A stretch of DNA of 64,000 bases, taken from positions 21,814 to 85,813 of the forward strand of contig DASSGV010000025.1 in assembly GCA_035693225.1 (NCBI GenBank), read 5' to 3'. Shown here piece after piece: positions 18,001-26,422 of the stretch (its first letter is position 1; every line of letters starts with the position of its first letter). The position numbers and the translations under genes were made by a program. The stretch is from Gemmatimonadales bacterium. GTDB taxonomy: Bacteria > Gemmatimonadota > Gemmatimonadetes > Gemmatimonadales > GWC2-71-9. Under the pieces are notes generated by a model that had not been told where the DNA came from, did no database searches, and worked only from the letters and a program-made list of their open reading frames with translations.

Positions 18001-18996
18001 GCGGCGTTGGACGACGCCCGTCGCCGCACCGCGACGGTCCTCCGCACGGTGGCGACCGGGGTCATCGCGGTCGATTCCAACGGCGCGGTGCTGCTGGCCA
18101 ATCCGCGCGCCCGCGAGCTGCTGGAAGCGCCGCTGCTGGAGGGCGCCCCGTTCGAGTCAGGATTGCCCTCCGCGCTCGGCGCGCTGGTCCGATCGGTGCG
18201 CCGTGCGGTGGCCTCGGGGCGCTCCCCCCACGGGCCGATCGAGGTGTCGCTCGGTGGTCGGCGGCTCGGGTGCGAGTTCGCGGAGCTCGGTGCCGACCTC
18301 CGCGGGGTGGTGGTGGCCGTGACCGACCTGACCGACGCCTCCCAGGCCGCCCGGGTCCTGGCGTGGGGTGAGATGGCCCGCCAGGTGGCGCATGAGATCA
18401 AGAATCCGCTGACGCCGCTGCGGCTCGGGGTGCAGCATCTTCGGCGGGTGCGCCAGGAGCGCCCGGCGGAGTTCGAGGGCACCTTCGACGCCACGGCGGA
18501 GCGGATCCTCGCCGAGATCGATCGCCTGGATACCATCGCGCGCGCCTTCAGTCGGTTCGCGGCCCCGGCCGAGGCCGCTCCGCCGCTCGCCCCGGTGGAC
18601 CTGCAGGCGGTGGCGTCGGAGGTGCTCCACCTCTATCGACTGGGCGGTGACGTCGCCGTGGAGCTCGTCAGCGTCTCGGAGGTGTCGGTGCGGGCCCGGC
18701 GGGACGAGGTGAAGGAGGTGTTGGTCAACCTGGTGGAGAACGCCAGGAACGCGAATGCCCGTCGGATCGTGGTGCGGTGTGATGCGCAGCGCCTGGCGGT
18801 CGAGGACGATGGCGAGGGGATCCCCGACGACCTGCTGCCGCGGATCTTCGAACCCCGATTTTCCACCACCACCAGCGGCAGCGGGCTCGGTCTCTCGATC
18901 GTCAAGCGTCTGGTCGAGGGGTGGGGTGCTACCGTGTCGGTGTCGAGTCGGCCGCAGGCGGGGACGGTGGTGTCGATCGCATTCCCGCTGGCGTGA
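15001..18996 (+). CDS. Very large polytopic sensor histidine kinase, NtrY-like C-terminal module (HAMP-PAS-HisKA-HATPase)
   Basis: 1331 aa. H-box AHEIKNPLTPL, N-box NLVENARNA, G-boxes DDGEGIP and GSGLGLSIV. Many TM helices separate at least three soluble segments. GTG start. Confidence 0.85.
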   Translation: MSPSDRGHWWTIPTALAALAAGAWLRSPQFIWVAAAAAASLGAVWLLLPGGQRRRRVLAFVLLALPVVMVIVQWRVWRIAAHWPDEREARIERASARLQRDLTFGVTADERIATRATADCALGRTDAFQRLADLTPGSEAELSVAILDADGTPWAWAGRHRLLPDAAGDSLTVRASKYYLLLESRHPCAAHRTVVASLLIWADPVDPDRGASLVERFRAATGVSLQVYPAGTAPNDADVFDYQVDAPAGPRTLFSVRPQPPGQADARAATLEVGAGMAGWLLVLLLLVSISVSTLVRQRLAFSVIGLGLLAFVPLGSALGAATLFSSATFFRSLLGPFSASAGILGATGVTVFVAGVALWRHRLRRTWPGSAVGIVLLIGAPFLVSDLARGITPPVDGVPLSLWLTWQCALMTAAAALVMIAAALLRGREDAGKMPRTHWVAIAVALIATAVGLIVWNPHYGWPDWYTFLWAPALVLLMRPAPKWAVVLGVGLVAGSAAGLVTWGAELEGRLLVAGRDIGRLGDEPDPFAVPQLEKFAQQVSTAPVPSSAAELYALWHASAIAQQDYPAVLTLWSPDGTPQVELPLDSLDLPERLVAAFVRNMDTTVSTEVASLARVPGIHYLLLVRLSDHQVLSAAVGPRTALIQPDRLSRLLDQPARGAPLYDLLLSYPGPEPVADSARLVWVRQGWEVRGERLIALPGGIRHVHARVDLRGPAPLLVRGVLVLLLDVAALALLWLLGELLVGWPLGQLPIRRWTHSFRLRLGLTLAVFFVVPAAGFAVWSVVRVGRDGEREQDLLLTQALRAAQPLAAAVLQGPPEQTADGLRDLSRRANLDVGLYQGGELIGVSAPVLADLGVLPPLLTPDAYTDLALSDALERVESVPGAGHTLRMGYRVVRPGTAAGVGIIAAPRLGDDPSLGQEQLDLVYVLLLATLLGTAAAVLAAGVVARALSRPVSDLRRAAVALGQGLPAPSGAATPPVEFEPVFGAFSRMAADVRASQAALDDARRRTATVLRTVATGVIAVDSNGAVLLANPRARELLEAPLLEGAPFESGLPSALGALVRSVRRAVASGRSPHGPIEVSLGGRRLGCEFAELGADLRGVVVAVTDLTDASQAARVLAWGEMARQVAHEIKNPLTPLRLGVQHLRRVRQERPAEFEGTFDATAERILAEIDRLDTIARAFSRFAAPAEAAPPLAPVDLQAVASEVLHLYRLGGDVAVELVSVSEVSVRARRDEVKEVLVNLVENARNANARRIVVRCDAQRLAVEDDGEGIPDDLLPRIFEPRFSTTTSGSGLGLSIVKRLVEGWGATVSVSSRPQAGTVVSIAFPLA

Positions 18997-20011
18997 CGGC
19001 GGCCGGGTGCGGGCGGGGCCGAGCGGAGAGCGTGGCGACGCGGGCGAGGGTGGCGGCGGAGTCAGCACCGGCGGCGAAGCGCGGTACGTAATCGGCATCC
19101 ACTGGCCGCAGCGTGACCGCGACGGTGCCAGCGGGATCGAAATCCATCTCGGCCATGAGCGCCTTGTCAGTCCAGGGGAACGGCTGGCGGAAGACGAAAT
19201 TGCCGAGTGAGTAGAGGATCGGCCGGTCCCGATACCGCTCCCAGCCCTGGGGGACGTGCGGATGGTGCCCGATGACCGCATCGGCGCCGGCGGCGATGAG
19301 GCCGCGCATCAGGGCGTGCAGTGCGGCAGGCGGCCGGTCCCGGTACTCGTTCCCCGCGTGGAGCATCACCAGCACGAGGTCGGCGCCGAGGGAATCGCGG
19401 GCCGCGCGCATCCGGGGCCCGAGGACCGAGGAATCCGCCCACGCGATGCAGCAGGCGGCGGTGGTCCCGGTGAGCACGAGGCCCTTCAGGTTGATGATGT
19501 CGGTGACGCTGAAGATCGCCACCCGCCATCCGGCGCGGTCCACGATCGCAGGGCGGTAGGCGTCCTCGAGCGTCGGGCCGGTGCCGCTGTGGGGGATCCC
19601 GGCGGCGTCGAGGTGTCGGAGCGATTCGAGCAGCCCCCGCCGAGCGAAGTCCCAGGCGTGGTTGTTGGCGGTGCTGACGGCGTCGAACCCGGCGTCGACG
19701 AGGAGTGGCGCGGCGATGTGGGGGCCGGCAAAGACCATCTTGCCGGTCGAGTCGGTCGTGTCTCCGCGATCCAGCAGGATGCTTTCGAGGTTGCCGATCG
19801 TGAGGTCGGCGGCGCGAAGCGTATCGCGCACCAGCGCGAAGATGCTGTCACCCTTGCCGGCAAGGATGTAGTCACGGGCGATGCCGCGCGCGAAGTTGAG
19901 GTCGCCTACGGCAATGACGTGGAGGTGGCCGCGGGCAGGGGTGTCCTGCGCCGTCGCGACGCGCGGACCGATCGCCGCGAGCAGCAGCAGCATCGCCGGG
20001 CCGATCTTCAC
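18929..20011 (-). CDS. CapA-family (PGA_cap metallophosphatase-like) protein
   Basis: Signal peptide, then VIAVGDLNFARG and AVSTANNHAWDF motifs. The 3' end overlaps the convergent kinase gene by 68 nt. Confidence 0.8.
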   Translation of the reverse strand: MKIGPAMLLLLAAIGPRVATAQDTPARGHLHVIAVGDLNFARGIARDYILAGKGDSIFALVRDTLRAADLTIGNLESILLDRGDTTDSTGKMVFAGPHIAAPLLVDAGFDAVSTANNHAWDFARRGLLESLRHLDAAGIPHSGTGPTLEDAYRPAIVDRAGWRVAIFSVTDIINLKGLVLTGTTAACCIAWADSSVLGPRMRAARDSLGADLVLVMLHAGNEYRDRPPAALHALMRGLIAAGADAVIGHHPHVPQGWERYRDRPILYSLGNFVFRQPFPWTDKALMAEMDFDPAGTVAVTLRPVDADYVPRFAAGADSAATLARVATLSARPRPHPAAVTPAGMRSTPPSPPAADSTPTR

Positions 20012-20850
20012 TGGGTCGACCGATTGAGGTTCACGTCGCTGGTGCCGCCACCGGTGCTCAGGATCAGCAGCTGGGACAGGAAGCCGTCACGGGTGACGCG
20101 CACGTTCTGCACCTGGCAGTTGCCCAGCAGGTCGGCGTCGAAGCGCAGGACGTATTCGCCGTTGGAGTCACTGGTCGTCTGGTACGGCGTTCCCATCACC
20201 GAGAGCACGGCGCCGGCGAGGGGGTCACGGCTTCCGGTCTGGTAGACCCGCCCGGCCACGACACCGTACGTGATCGGTTCATTCGGCCCCCGCACGTGGG
20301 GCGGACCGGGAACGCACTTGCTCCCGATGGCGCCGAGGTCGGGTGGCCGACGCCAGACGGGATCGGGCGGGGTGCGGGTCAGCGGGGACGCGAACTCACC
20401 GGGATGGAATGCCAGGCTCCTGATATGGTGCACCGGCTCCGGAGGCGTCGGGTCGGGTGTGGGCGCGGGCACCTCCACCCTGGTCGGTTCCGAGGCCGGG
20501 TTCGCCGTCCGGTCCTTCTGGTCGCTGGGCGGCGGCGGCGTCGGAGGGGTCGGGGGCGTCGGTGGCTCCACCTTGTGCACCGGTTCGGGTCCCTGTCGTA
20601 TCGTGGGCGGTAGCGTCGGCGGTCGCGGGTGTGGCGGTGTCAGGTACACCATGTTCACCTGACGCTTGGCGTGACGGGCCAGGTCGAGGCTGTCGACCGG
20701 TCGGGTCAGCCCGAACTGTCGGGGTCGTCCGACCCAGAGCAGCAACGCGAGGAGTGCGACATGCACCAGCGAGCTGGTGGCGATGCCGGTCACGGCACGT
20801 CGCCACGCGGAACGTTCGATCGGCTGTGAGGCGGGTTCGAAGTCTAGCAT
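20008..20850 (-). CDS. Membrane-anchored proline-rich protein with a C-terminal carboxypeptidase-regulatory-like domain (TonB-like N-terminal half)
   Basis: One TM, a PPTPPTPPTPPPP linker and a C-terminus GRVYQTGSRDPLAGAVLSV...TTSDSNGEYVLRF. Start chosen at ATG 20850. 4-nt overlap with the capA-like start. Confidence 0.55.
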   Translation of the reverse strand: MLDFEPASQPIERSAWRRAVTGIATSSLVHVALLALLLWVGRPRQFGLTRPVDSLDLARHAKRQVNMVYLTPPHPRPPTLPPTIRQGPEPVHKVEPPTPPTPPTPPPPSDQKDRTANPASEPTRVEVPAPTPDPTPPEPVHHIRSLAFHPGEFASPLTRTPPDPVWRRPPDLGAIGSKCVPGPPHVRGPNEPITYGVVAGRVYQTGSRDPLAGAVLSVMGTPYQTTSDSNGEYVLRFDADLLGNCQVQNVRVTRDGFLSQLLILSTGGGTSDVNLNRSTQ

Positions 20851-20996
20851 GCCCGAGGGGTGGGTCCTGGATCCGCCGGTGGATGCGATCGCGGACGGGC
20901 GCGTCGGCAAATGGGCATCGGGGAATCTACGCACGGTCCGACGCGGTCGCTGTGGACCCGGTCGCCCAGATCCGGGGGAGACACTAGCTTTTCACG

Positions 20997-21965
20997 ATGC
21001 CCGCCTCCCCTGACAACGTCGCCGCCGGTGCGGTGGAGCATTTCGATCCCATCGCGCACGGGCTGGAGCCATCGCGGCTGGCCCGCGCGGTGCCGCTGCG
21101 GCCGCTCACCACGTTCCGGATCGGTGGGCCCGCCGATCTCCTCTACCGTGCCACCAGTGCGGACGATCTGGCCCGGGCGGTGCTGGGGGGCCGGCGCGCC
21201 GGGCTCCCGGTCTTCGTGCTGGGGTTGGGCGCCAACATCCTGGTCGGGGATCGCGGAGTCCGCGGGCTGGTGGTCTGGAACCAGGCCGGTGGGGTGGAGT
21301 GGCGTCCGGATGGCCGGGTTCGCGCCGAGAGCGGTGCGGTGATGCAGGGGTTGGTCGTGGAGTCGGTGCACCGGGGCTGGTCGGGGTTCGAGCATTTCAT
21401 CGGGATCCCGAGCACCGTCGGGGGCGCGGTCTGGCAGAACCTGCACTTCCTGTCCCCGGCGCCGGCACGCGAGCGCACCGTGTTCATCGCCGAGGTCTTC
21501 GAGCAGTGCGAGATCCTCACGGCCGAAGGGGAGCGGAAGACGGTGGATGCCGAGTACGTGCGGTTCGGCTACGACGACTCGGTGTTCCACCACCGGGCGG
21601 ACATCGTCCTGGCGGCGACGTTCCGCCTTTCCAAGGGCGATCCGGATGCGCTTCAGCGGGTGGTGCAGGAGAACTTGAGCTGGCGTGGTTCGCGCCACCC
21701 CTGGCTCGACATCCATCCGAGCGCCGGCTCGATCTTCAAGAAGATCGAGGGGGTCGGGGCCGGCCGCCTCGTGGATCAGTGCGGCCTCAAGGGCTTCCGC
21801 ATCGGCGATGCCCAGATATCCTACCTGCACGCCAACATCATCGTGAACCTGGGCCAGGCCACCGCGGCCGACGTGCGGGCGGTCATCGCGCACGCCCAGG
21901 CGACGGTGCTGGAGCGATGTGGCCAGCGGCTGGAGCCCGAGATCGGGTTCATCGGGGCATTCTGA
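20997..21965 (+). CDS. murB: UDP-N-acetylmuramate dehydrogenase
   Basis: TTFRIGGPADLL and VLGLGANILV FAD-binding motifs; C-terminal GSIFKK...AG.LI. Confidence 0.9.
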   Translation: MPASPDNVAAGAVEHFDPIAHGLEPSRLARAVPLRPLTTFRIGGPADLLYRATSADDLARAVLGGRRAGLPVFVLGLGANILVGDRGVRGLVVWNQAGGVEWRPDGRVRAESGAVMQGLVVESVHRGWSGFEHFIGIPSTVGGAVWQNLHFLSPAPARERTVFIAEVFEQCEILTAEGERKTVDAEYVRFGYDDSVFHHRADIVLAATFRLSKGDPDALQRVVQENLSWRGSRHPWLDIHPSAGSIFKKIEGVGAGRLVDQCGLKGFRIGDAQISYLHANIIVNLGQATAADVRAVIAHAQATVLERCGQRLEPEIGFIGAF

Positions 21966-22059
21966 CCTCCGCGTAGTTCGGGCCCTCCCGGCACAGGTTC
22001 GGTGCCGCCCCTCGCGCCCTTCACCGGTACTGTCGTGCGGTCTCCGACCGGGATCGCCG

Positions 22060-23610
22060 ATGCTCAGTCGTGTCCAGGCCACCGCCGTGCTCGGCGTCGA
22101 CGCCTATCTCGTCGACGTCGAGGTCGATATTTCCAACGGGTTGCCGTCATTCTCGGTAGTGGGGCTCCCCCACGGCGCCGTGCGCGAAGGGCGTGAGCGG
22201 GTCTACCCCGCGCTGGCCAACGCCGGCTACGCCGTCCCCCTCAAGAAGGTCACCGTCAACTTGGCCCCGGCCGACGTGCGCAAGGATGGCTCTGCGCTCG
22301 ACCTGCCGATCGCGTTGGGAGTGCTCGCCGCCGGGGGGCACCTTCCGGAGGATGCGCTCAAGGGAGAGGTGTTCCTGGGCGAGCTTGGCCTGGAAGGGGA
22401 CCTGCGGCCGGTGCGTGGTGCGCTCTCGATGGCGCTCGCGGCGCGCGCGGCCGGGTGCAAGGGGATCGTGCTCCCGGCGCAGAACCTTCCGGAGGCCGCC
22501 GTCGTGGACGGCATCGCGGTGCGCGGCGCCCGCACGCTGCTCGATGTCTGTCGCCACCTGACCGGCGAGGCGGAGCTCCCGGTCGCGCACGTGGACCTGG
22601 CGGCCCTGATGTCCGAGCGGCGCCAGGATGTCGTGGACTTCACCGACGTCAAGGCACAGCTCTCCGCCAAGCGGGCGCTCGAGGTGGCGGCCGCCGGCGG
22701 ACACAACATCCTGCTCATCGGGCCGCCGGGGGCGGGGAAGACGATGCTCGCGCGCCGGCTGCCGACCATCCTGCCCCCGATGGACCTCGATGAGGCGCTC
22801 GAGACCACCAAGATCCACAGCGTGGCCGGCCTGCTGGCGCCGGGACAGTCGTTGAGCGTGCTCCGGCCGTTCCGGGCGCCGCACCACACCATCAGCGACG
22901 CGGGGCTGATCGGCGGCGGCTCCAACCCCCGTCCCGGGGAAGTGAGCCTGGCCCACGGTGGAGTCCTGTTCCTCGACGAGCTTCCGGAGTTCCGCAAGAA
23001 CGTTCTGGAGGTGCTGCGGCAGCCGCTCGAGGACGGGCACGTGACGCTGAGCCGTGCGGCCGTGAGCCTGACCTATCCGGCGCGCTTCATCCTTGCCGCG
23101 GCGATGAATCCCTGTCCCTGTGGCTACCTGGGCGATCCCGCGCACGCCTGCCGCTGCCCCGCCGAGTCGGTCGAACGCTACCTGAGCCGGCTTTCCGGGC
23201 CCCTGCTCGACCGGATCGACATCCACCTCGAGGTGCCGGCGGTCAACTACCGTGACCTCGCGAGCGGTGACGCCGGGGAATCGAGCGCCGATATCCGGAC
23301 GCGGGTGGACGCCGCCCGGGCGCGCCAGCGGGAGCGGTTCCGGGGCCGACCGGGGATCCACGCGAACGCCCAGATGGGGGCCCGCGAACTCCGCCGCTGG
23401 TGCCGGGTGAGCGACGAGGTCGAAGGGCTGCTTCGCGCGGCGATCACGCGGCTGGGGCTGTCGGCCCGTGCGTACCACCGGGTGCTCAAGCTCGCCCGCA
23501 CCATCGCCGACCTCGGTGGCGCCGAGGAGCTCGCACCGGAACACGTCCGGGAGGCCATCCAGTATCGCAGCCTCGATCGGCGGTCCAACGCCCGGCCTGC
23601 GGGTGGATGA
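22060..23610 (+). CDS. comM: YifB/ComM family Mg-chelatase-like ATPase
   Basis: Lon-like N-domain, Walker A GPPGAGKTMLARRL and C-terminal ChlI region. Start trimmed to ATG 22060 (MLSRVQATAVLG). Confidence 0.9.
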   Translation: MLSRVQATAVLGVDAYLVDVEVDISNGLPSFSVVGLPHGAVREGRERVYPALANAGYAVPLKKVTVNLAPADVRKDGSALDLPIALGVLAAGGHLPEDALKGEVFLGELGLEGDLRPVRGALSMALAARAAGCKGIVLPAQNLPEAAVVDGIAVRGARTLLDVCRHLTGEAELPVAHVDLAALMSERRQDVVDFTDVKAQLSAKRALEVAAAGGHNILLIGPPGAGKTMLARRLPTILPPMDLDEALETTKIHSVAGLLAPGQSLSVLRPFRAPHHTISDAGLIGGGSNPRPGEVSLAHGGVLFLDELPEFRKNVLEVLRQPLEDGHVTLSRAAVSLTYPARFILAAAMNPCPCGYLGDPAHACRCPAESVERYLSRLSGPLLDRIDIHLEVPAVNYRDLASGDAGESSADIRTRVDAARARQRERFRGRPGIHANAQMGARELRRWCRVSDEVEGLLRAAITRLGLSARAYHRVLKLARTIADLGGAEELAPEHVREAIQYRSLDRRSNARPAGG

Positions 23611-23690
23611 CGGCGTGTGACTGGTGCGGTCGCGCCGGTGGGGTATTTTCAGGCACCCTTCGATCCGACCGACCAGCCACGGAGTCCACG

Positions 23691-24311
23691 GTGCGCCTGC
23701 TTCCACGCGATGAGCGGTTCTTCGACCTGTTCACCCAGGTGGCCAAGCTGAACGTCGAGGCCGCCAAGCGATTGGTCGAGCTGTTGCAGGCGCCGGAGGA
23801 CCGCCGGGCGCCGATCGTGGAGGCCATCAAGCGTCTGGAGCACGATGCCGACGACCTGACCCACGAGGTGGTGAGCCGGCTCGACCGGAGCTTCATCACG
23901 CCGCTCGACCGCGAGGACATCCACCTCCTGGCCTCCCGCCTCGACGACGTGCTCGACCTGATCGACGGGACCGCGCGGCGGCTGCAGATCTTCCGTGCCG
24001 GCGATGCGCCGGTCGGGGCGGTGCGGCTGGCGGAGGTCATCCAGCACGCGGCCGAAAAGGTGCTGGAGGCCGTCACCGTGCTGGAGCGGAACGACCACGG
24101 CGTGGTGGTCAACGCCTGCATGAAGATCAAGAAGCTGGAAGAGGACGGCGACGCGACGTATCACGAGTGGCTGGGCAAGCTCTTCGAGGGCGCCACCGAT
24201 GCGTTGATGGTGATGAAGTGGAAGGAGATCTACGACAACCTGGAGAAGACGCTCGATCACGCCGAAGACGTGGCGAATGTGCTCGAGTCCATCTCGATCA
24301 AGCACGCCTGA
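23691..24311 (+). CDS. DUF47 (PhoU-like, TIGR00153) phosphate-transport accessory protein
   Basis: LLPRDERFFDLF start and HDADDLTHEV motif. GTG 23691 lies 7 nt after GGAG. Immediately precedes the PiT transporter. Confidence 0.8.
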   Translation: MRLLPRDERFFDLFTQVAKLNVEAAKRLVELLQAPEDRRAPIVEAIKRLEHDADDLTHEVVSRLDRSFITPLDREDIHLLASRLDDVLDLIDGTARRLQIFRAGDAPVGAVRLAEVIQHAAEKVLEAVTVLERNDHGVVVNACMKIKKLEEDGDATYHEWLGKLFEGATDALMVMKWKEIYDNLEKTLDHAEDVANVLESISIKHA

Positions 24312-24313
24312 CG

Positions 24314-25342
24314 ATGACCCCCACTGTCACGTATGTCCTGGCCATCATCGGGGTCGCCTTCGCGTTCGATTTCATCAACGGGTTCCACGACAGCGCGAAT
24401 TCGATCGCCACGGTGGTCTCGACCCGGGTGCTCTCGCCGGGGGTGGCGGTCATCTGGGCGGCGTTCTTCAATTTCGCGGCGGCGTTCACGGTCGGCACCG
24501 CCGTCGCCAAGACGATCGGCAAGGGGCTGGTCGATCCTGCCGTCGTGGACCCCGCGCTCATCTTTGCCGCGCTCCTCGGTGCCATCATCTGGAACATCAT
24601 CACCTGGCTCCTGGGCCTGCCGACCAGTTCCTCCCACGCACTGATGGGCGGCCTCGGGGGGGCGGCGGTCGCCAAGGCCGGCGTCGGTGCGCTCCTGCTG
24701 GCCGGGTGGATCGCCCCGATCGCCGCCATCGCGATCTCTCCCTTGCTGGGGATGTTCCTCGGGCTCGGACTCACGGTCGGACTGGCATGGGTGCTCCATC
24801 GATTGCCGGGACGGCCGGTCGAGGTGGCATTCCGGCGGATGCAACTGGTCTCCTCGGCGCTCTTCTCGCTCAGCCACGGCGCCAATGACGCCCAGAAGAC
24901 GATGGGCATCATCGTGGGGCTTCTGGTCGCGACCCAGGGGGCCTTTGCGCACCAGACCGGGTGGCTGCACCATCTGCACGTCACCGACGCCAATTCGATC
25001 CCGCTGTGGGTCGAGATGTCGGCGTACAGCGCCATCGCCCTCGGGACCGCGGCGGGTGGTTGGCGGATCGTCAAGACGATGGGCACCAAGATCACGAAGC
25101 TCCGGCCGTTCGGCGGGTTCTGCGCCGAGACCGGAGGCGGTGCCTGCATCCTGGTGGCGTCGGCGCTCGGCATTCCGGTGAGCACCACGCACACCATCAC
25201 CGGGGCCATCGTCGGGGTCGGCGCGGCACAGCGGCTGTCGGCGGTGCGGTGGGGTGTGGCGGGCCGGATCGTCTGGGCGTGGATCCTCACCATGCCGATG
25301 GCGGCCGCGATGGCGGCGGTATCGTATCTGCTGATCCGCTGA
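24314..25342 (+). CDS. pit: Inorganic phosphate transporter, PiT family
   Basis: FINGFHDSANSIAT signature, duplicated in the C-terminal half (SHGANDAQKTMG). Polytopic membrane protein. Confidence 0.9.
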   Translation: MTPTVTYVLAIIGVAFAFDFINGFHDSANSIATVVSTRVLSPGVAVIWAAFFNFAAAFTVGTAVAKTIGKGLVDPAVVDPALIFAALLGAIIWNIITWLLGLPTSSSHALMGGLGGAAVAKAGVGALLLAGWIAPIAAIAISPLLGMFLGLGLTVGLAWVLHRLPGRPVEVAFRRMQLVSSALFSLSHGANDAQKTMGIIVGLLVATQGAFAHQTGWLHHLHVTDANSIPLWVEMSAYSAIALGTAAGGWRIVKTMGTKITKLRPFGGFCAETGGGACILVASALGIPVSTTHTITGAIVGVGAAQRLSAVRWGVAGRIVWAWILTMPMAAAMAAVSYLLIR

Positions 25343-25388
25343 GCAGCGGTCGATGACCTGACACGGGCCCGGACCCGCGCTGTCGCAC

Positions 25389-25412
25389 ACCCCCCGCCGC
25401 ACCGCGGGGGGT
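25389..25412. terminator. GC-rich hairpin between convergent pit and anti-sigma genes
   Basis: The 8-bp G/C stem CCCCCCGC pairs with GCGGGGGG around the 6-nt loop CGCACC. There is no clear U-tract. Confidence 0.4.
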
Positions 25413-25426
25413 CTGACGTTCGGGCC

Positions 25427-26422
25427 CTAGTGCACCCGCGCCCGGAGCGCCGCAAGCGATTCCACCGGCACCGCAGCGGAGAGCGTCATCTGGAATCCGT
25501 GCCCGTCCCTCCAGCTGACCGAGGCGAGCGCTTCCTGCGTGCGGCCCGTCGGCGCGTCCGTCGTTGGGGGAAACGGTGCACGTTCGGTGGGTGTCGGCGT
25601 GAACGCGTCGAGGCTGTCAGCGGCCAGGATCCGTTGCTGCGCCAACTGGATGGCCCCGAGCCTCCGGTCCAGGTACCGGACCACGACCGCGTCGCGGTGC
25701 GGGTCGGCGCCATCGACCATCGAACCGGGTACGCGGGCCACGGAGACCGGATCGAGCCCGTCGATCAGGCGGATCGAGCCGCCGAGCCGCCGGACCGCCT
25801 CGTCCAGGGTGATCGAGTTCGAATCAGGGCGCTGCGCCCAGGTCTCGGCAGGAGCGTCGAGCGCGACGGCAGCATTCGGGTGCATCCGGAGCGGCACCGG
25901 TGCCGATGGTGGGGCGCTCTCAGGCTTCGGAGCGGCTGCCAAGCCAACGGCGGCCTTGTCGGCGACGTTCGGTGCCGCGGTGACGTTCCGGGTGGTTGCG
26001 GATCCAGGTCGAGGCACCGCCTTCCGACGCGAGACCACCACTCGGTTCGCTGCGGTGCCGCGTACGGCGGACGGGGGCGGAGCCGCAGCACCCGCGACCG
26101 CAGCAGGCGTCCCGACCGCGCCGGCCGGGCCGTGCAGGGCGAACCCGGTCCCGACGGCGATGGTGATGCTGGCCGCCCAGCCGAACGCGGTGATCCAGCG
26201 GCGTCGGTGGAGGAGCGATGCGCGCGGCGGCGACGGCGGCGCGGCCGGTGTGTCGAGCGCCAGGATGAGGTCGGCGGTATCGCGGATCAGCGCGCGGGCA
26301 TCGTCAAGCCGGGTCCGGCAGCCGCCGCAGGTGGCGAGGTGTGCCTCGACCCGGGCCGTCTCCGTCGGGTCGAGGCTTCCGTCAAGCAGTTCGTGCAGGG
26401 TGCCTTCGTCAACGTGTCGCAC
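25427..26422 (-). CDS. Anti-sigma factor (zf-HC2 N-terminus, one TM, uncharacterised extracytoplasmic domain)
   Basis: HLATCGGC (H-x3-C-x2-C) motif and TM segment WITAFGWAASITIAVG. GTG 26422 overlaps the sigma gene end by 14 nt. The track ORF 25427..26641 is over-extended. Confidence 0.7.
   Translation of the reverse strand: MRHVDEGTLHELLDGSLDPTETARVEAHLATCGGCRTRLDDARALIRDTADLILALDTPAAPPSPPRASLLHRRRWITAFGWAASITIAVGTGFALHGPAGAVGTPAAVAGAAAPPPSAVRGTAANRVVVSRRKAVPRPGSATTRNVTAAPNVADKAAVGLAAAPKPESAPPSAPVPLRMHPNAAVALDAPAETWAQRPDSNSITLDEAVRRLGGSIRLIDGLDPVSVARVPGSMVDGADPHRDAVVVRYLDRRLGAIQLAQQRILAADSLDAFTPTPTERAPFPPTTDAPTGRTQEALASVSWRDGHGFQMTLSAAVPVESLAALRARVH

Noticed and set aside
22060-23610. ComM/YifB as a marker of a competence or mobile island.
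   Set aside because: It is a widely conserved chromosomal gene. Its neighbours (murB, the DUF47-PiT pair) are housekeeping and there is no compositional break.
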